From the NCBI GenBank assembly GCA_020697515.1, contig JAIXNB010000017.1, positions 1 through 7,924 of the forward strand: 7,924 nucleotides of DNA, in the 5' to 3' direction. The notes under the pieces were generated by a model. It ran no database searches, was not told the DNA's origin, and saw only the letters and a program-made list of their open reading frames with translations. Within the stretch, counting starts at the first letter, position 1. The number at the start of each line of letters is the position of its first letter. Source of the stretch: Nanobdellota archaeon (GTDB lineage: Archaea > Nanobdellota > Nanobdellia > Nanobdellales > Nanobdellaceae). Below, one piece after another: positions 5,920 through 7,924 of this stretch. Made by a program: the position numbers and the translations under genes.

Positions 5920-6594
5920 ATGGGTGTGAGGATACTAACTAGTATTTTATATGATGCTATCATAGTTATAATAATACTATTTATAACTATCTATTTAGTT
6001 ATACCTTTACTTTTCCCAGATAATGAGCTATTGCAGTTAAAGAACTCTTTGAAGGCAGTATGTGAAAATAATCGTGCATCTCGGGATTTCCATATATCGT
6101 TGAAAAACTATGATCTATTATTTAAAAAGGGTGCCAAAGAATATACAGTATCTATATTATTATGTGATGATTATAAGATATACAACAATACTAGGTATAG
6201 AGAAAACTGTAAAGTTGTATATGAGTTAGATTGTGGTGTTAGTAAGGTGGTACTTAAATCCGAAAGTACAAAAATCAAGAGTTTTACTCTAGCAGGAAAA
6301 TGTTATAGTATTTACCCAAAACCTTTTTATGAGGTTCAAATCCCAAAACCCTTTGAAGATTTGATTTGTATCCCTATCGGCCTTCACTTTACTCTTATAA
6401 TAGGTCGTAAATACATATCTTCTGTTAGCGGTTTTTCACAAAAAGATTCCTTCGCATTAGGAGATTATTGCTATATTGATTATTGTAAATATGACGCTTG
6501 TGGAGAGAATGATGATATTCTAACTAAAGAGATAACGGGGATTCTTACAAGGCAGGATGATACACTGTACGTGGAAATATATTCAGCTAAATAA
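5920..6594 (+). CDS. N-terminally anchored cysteine-rich protein G
   Basis: 224 aa. The anchor is MGVRILTSILYDAIIVIIILFITIYLVIPLLF. The ectodomain has 9 Cys, including CYIDYCKYDAC, and a duplicated PKPF motif. It starts 5 nt after gene F and its stop overlaps the next start (TAATG at 6592-6596). Confidence 0.75.
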   Translation: MGVRILTSILYDAIIVIIILFITIYLVIPLLFPDNELLQLKNSLKAVCENNRASRDFHISLKNYDLLFKKGAKEYTVSILLCDDYKIYNNTRYRENCKVVYELDCGVSKVVLKSESTKIKSFTLAGKCYSIYPKPFYEVQIPKPFEDLICIPIGLHFTLIIGRKYISSVSGFSQKDSFALGDYCYIDYCKYDACGENDDILTKEITGILTRQDDTLYVEIYSAK

Positions 6595-7679
6595 TGGAGG
6601 ATAAAATATTACAGATTTTGGCGTCATCCTTAATATTTGTGGTTCTTTTATTTATAATTATAAAACTCTACTATTATTCATCACATATTTTTCCGGGAGA
6701 AACATACCCTATAACTTTGGAACTAGCTACTGCAATATCTTATAGCGTCTCTATTCCAGGAGATATAGAGATAGATTTACCTGCATATATAATTTATGAA
6801 AGCAAAGGAGATCCCCGTTCAACACTTGCAACCGAATTAAAAATAAATAATGGGAAATATAGAAATAATATAGTTTATGGGGTGTGTTACTATAGAGATT
6901 TAAAAGACGATGTAAAAAGAGCGTTAATAGATAGTACCATTAATGCAATTAATGGTATTCTTATGGGGTCTACATTAGGATGGCTAGCAAGACTTGCAGG
7001 AGTTGGATCTACAATAGCTTTATCCGGAGGAGTAGAGTGGTCGCTAGAGATAGTAGGACAAATTGCAATTAATTATTGCTCTAACTGGTTATATAAGGAA
7101 GCAGACTTTGAAAAAATATATTTATTGAGTCAAAAATATTTTGTGGATTCGGTTACAGAGGACATTAAAAGAGAAATTAAAAAAAAGAAATCCAGAAGCA
7201 CTGCAGAAATAATCGCAAATTATGCTATAATTTGTGCAACTGCTGCAGCTGTACTCTTTGATGGTTTAGGGCTTATTGCTCTAGCCATTACTACCATAAT
7301 TGCTAGAATAGCTATCCCATTAGTGTATTGGGCTACTGGCCCAGATCTATTGAAGAATTGTTGGTATGGAAATCCAAAAAATTGGGGATTTATAAAAATA
7401 AATGAAGATATGTACTTTTGGAATCCTGAATTTTCCTTAAAGGTAGAGATAGCAAAAAAAGAGAACGGTACTATGATATTATCGAATGTTTCTGAACGAG
7501 AGGAAGAATCCCAGAGTATGGGCGGTAGTGAAGAGGTTGTAAGGTGGTTTTTTATAAACCCATCTCCAGTTATAAAGGATATGAATAATCATACGTATAT
7601 AACTATTAAAATGATTAAGTTGAAAAAAGAAGAAAAATCAAAAGAGTTAAGGATAACTGCGTTTATTGAATCAAAATGA
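6594..7679 (+). CDS. Membrane protein H with Gly/Ala-rich helical hairpin regions; unknown function
   Basis: 361 aa. The anchor is MEDKILQILASSLIFVVLLFIIIKLYYY. Gly-rich hydrophobic region ILMGSTLGWLARLAGVGSTIALSGG (aa 122-146, inside the aa 113-160 stretch). Basic loop KREIKKKKSRS. Second hydrophobic block AEIIANYAIICATAAAVLFDGLGLIALAITTIIARIAIPLVYWA (aa 204-247). The C-terminal domain is acidic with sequons NGT, NVS and NHT. Confidence 0.75.
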   Translation: MEDKILQILASSLIFVVLLFIIIKLYYYSSHIFPGETYPITLELATAISYSVSIPGDIEIDLPAYIIYESKGDPRSTLATELKINNGKYRNNIVYGVCYYRDLKDDVKRALIDSTINAINGILMGSTLGWLARLAGVGSTIALSGGVEWSLEIVGQIAINYCSNWLYKEADFEKIYLLSQKYFVDSVTEDIKREIKKKKSRSTAEIIANYAIICATAAAVLFDGLGLIALAITTIIARIAIPLVYWATGPDLLKNCWYGNPKNWGFIKINEDMYFWNPEFSLKVEIAKKENGTMILSNVSEREEESQSMGGSEEVVRWFFINPSPVIKDMNNHTYITIKMIKLKKEEKSKELRITAFIESK

Positions 7680-7924
7680 GAGTTCAAGATATACTTATTT
7701 CAGTGATAGTTCTCTCATTAACTTTACTTACGATATTATTACAATATAATCTAATAAAGATATATACACTCAAATATGAAACAGTCCCTCTTGAACTCTT
7801 AGTACTTGCTGATGAAATACGTATGGAGAAATTATTATATTCTCAATATTTATCTTCCGGAGATCCCAATTATATGTTTTACTTTGATTCGCGTATAAAA
7901 GATAGTATTATAGAAGAAAACTTA
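7676..7924 (+). CDS. N-terminally anchored protein I, truncated 3' by the window edge (not in the ORF track)
   Basis: Its ATG overlaps the gene H stop (ATGA at 7676-7679). The frame stays open for 83 codons to the window end: MRVQDILISVIVLSLTLLTILLQYNLIKIYTLKYETVPLELLVLADEIRMEKLLYSQYLSSGDPNYMFYFDSRIKDSIIEENL. It shares the post-helix motif ET-x-P..LEL with protein H. Confidence 0.6.
   Translation, partial: MRVQDILISVIVLSLTLLTILLQYNLIKIYTLKYETVPLELLVLADEIRMEKLLYSQYLSSGDPNYMFYFDSRIKDSIIEENL

Noticed and set aside
3289-7924. Integrated virus, plasmid or mobile element as the source of the small membrane-protein cluster
   Set aside because: The window shows no integrase, transposase, rep or capsid-like gene, tRNA attachment site or flanking direct or inverted repeat. 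Composition and codon style match the adjacent housekeeping genes, and the cluster shares a promoter spacer with argS. It cannot be fully excluded because the downstream end is not in the window.
1-7924. CRISPR array, long tandem repeats, rRNA or tRNA genes
   Set aside because: I found no regularly spaced direct repeats of 24-40 nt and no conserved rRNA or tRNA sequence blocks on either strand. The only repeat noted is the 9-nt CCCAAAACC pair inside gene G, which is coding.

Overview
AT-rich (by eye about 30% GC) window that looks archaeal and chromosomal. The minus strand carries a three-gene housekeeping unit with overlapping stop and start codons: arginyl-tRNA synthetase (1279-3240), a 151-aa unknown protein (843-1298) and an archaeal-type adenylate kinase (277-846). 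A 48-bp A/T-rich spacer with TATA-like elements separates it from a divergent plus-strand operon. That operon has at least nine genes running from 3289 past the window end at 7924, with junctions from a 16-nt overlap to a 6-nt gap. Two of the genes are micro-ORFs I found by hand and are missing from the ORF track (4016-4105, 5391-5567); a third is a 3'-truncated gene starting at 7676. Every product begins with a short N-terminus, usually carrying one K or R, followed by a 20-25 residue hydrophobic helix. I recognise no enzyme, nucleotide-binding or DNA-binding motif in any of them. The predicted ectodomains are cysteine-rich and carry N-x-S/T sequons. One product has a textbook archaeal class III (prepilin-like) signal, MSVRA|QAIQTIVLI. 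The first two genes are tandem paralogs sharing a C-x11-C-x3-C scaffold. Two larger products (429 and 361 aa) add Ala/Gly-rich membrane helices flanked by basic loops. My best reading is an uncharacterised membrane-anchored cell-surface assembly, pilus-like, adhesive or envelope-associated. No ATPase, platform protein or prepilin peptidase lies inside the window. No rRNA, tRNA, CRISPR array, transposase or integrase is visible. All family calls rest on motif recognition by eye; no database search was possible.
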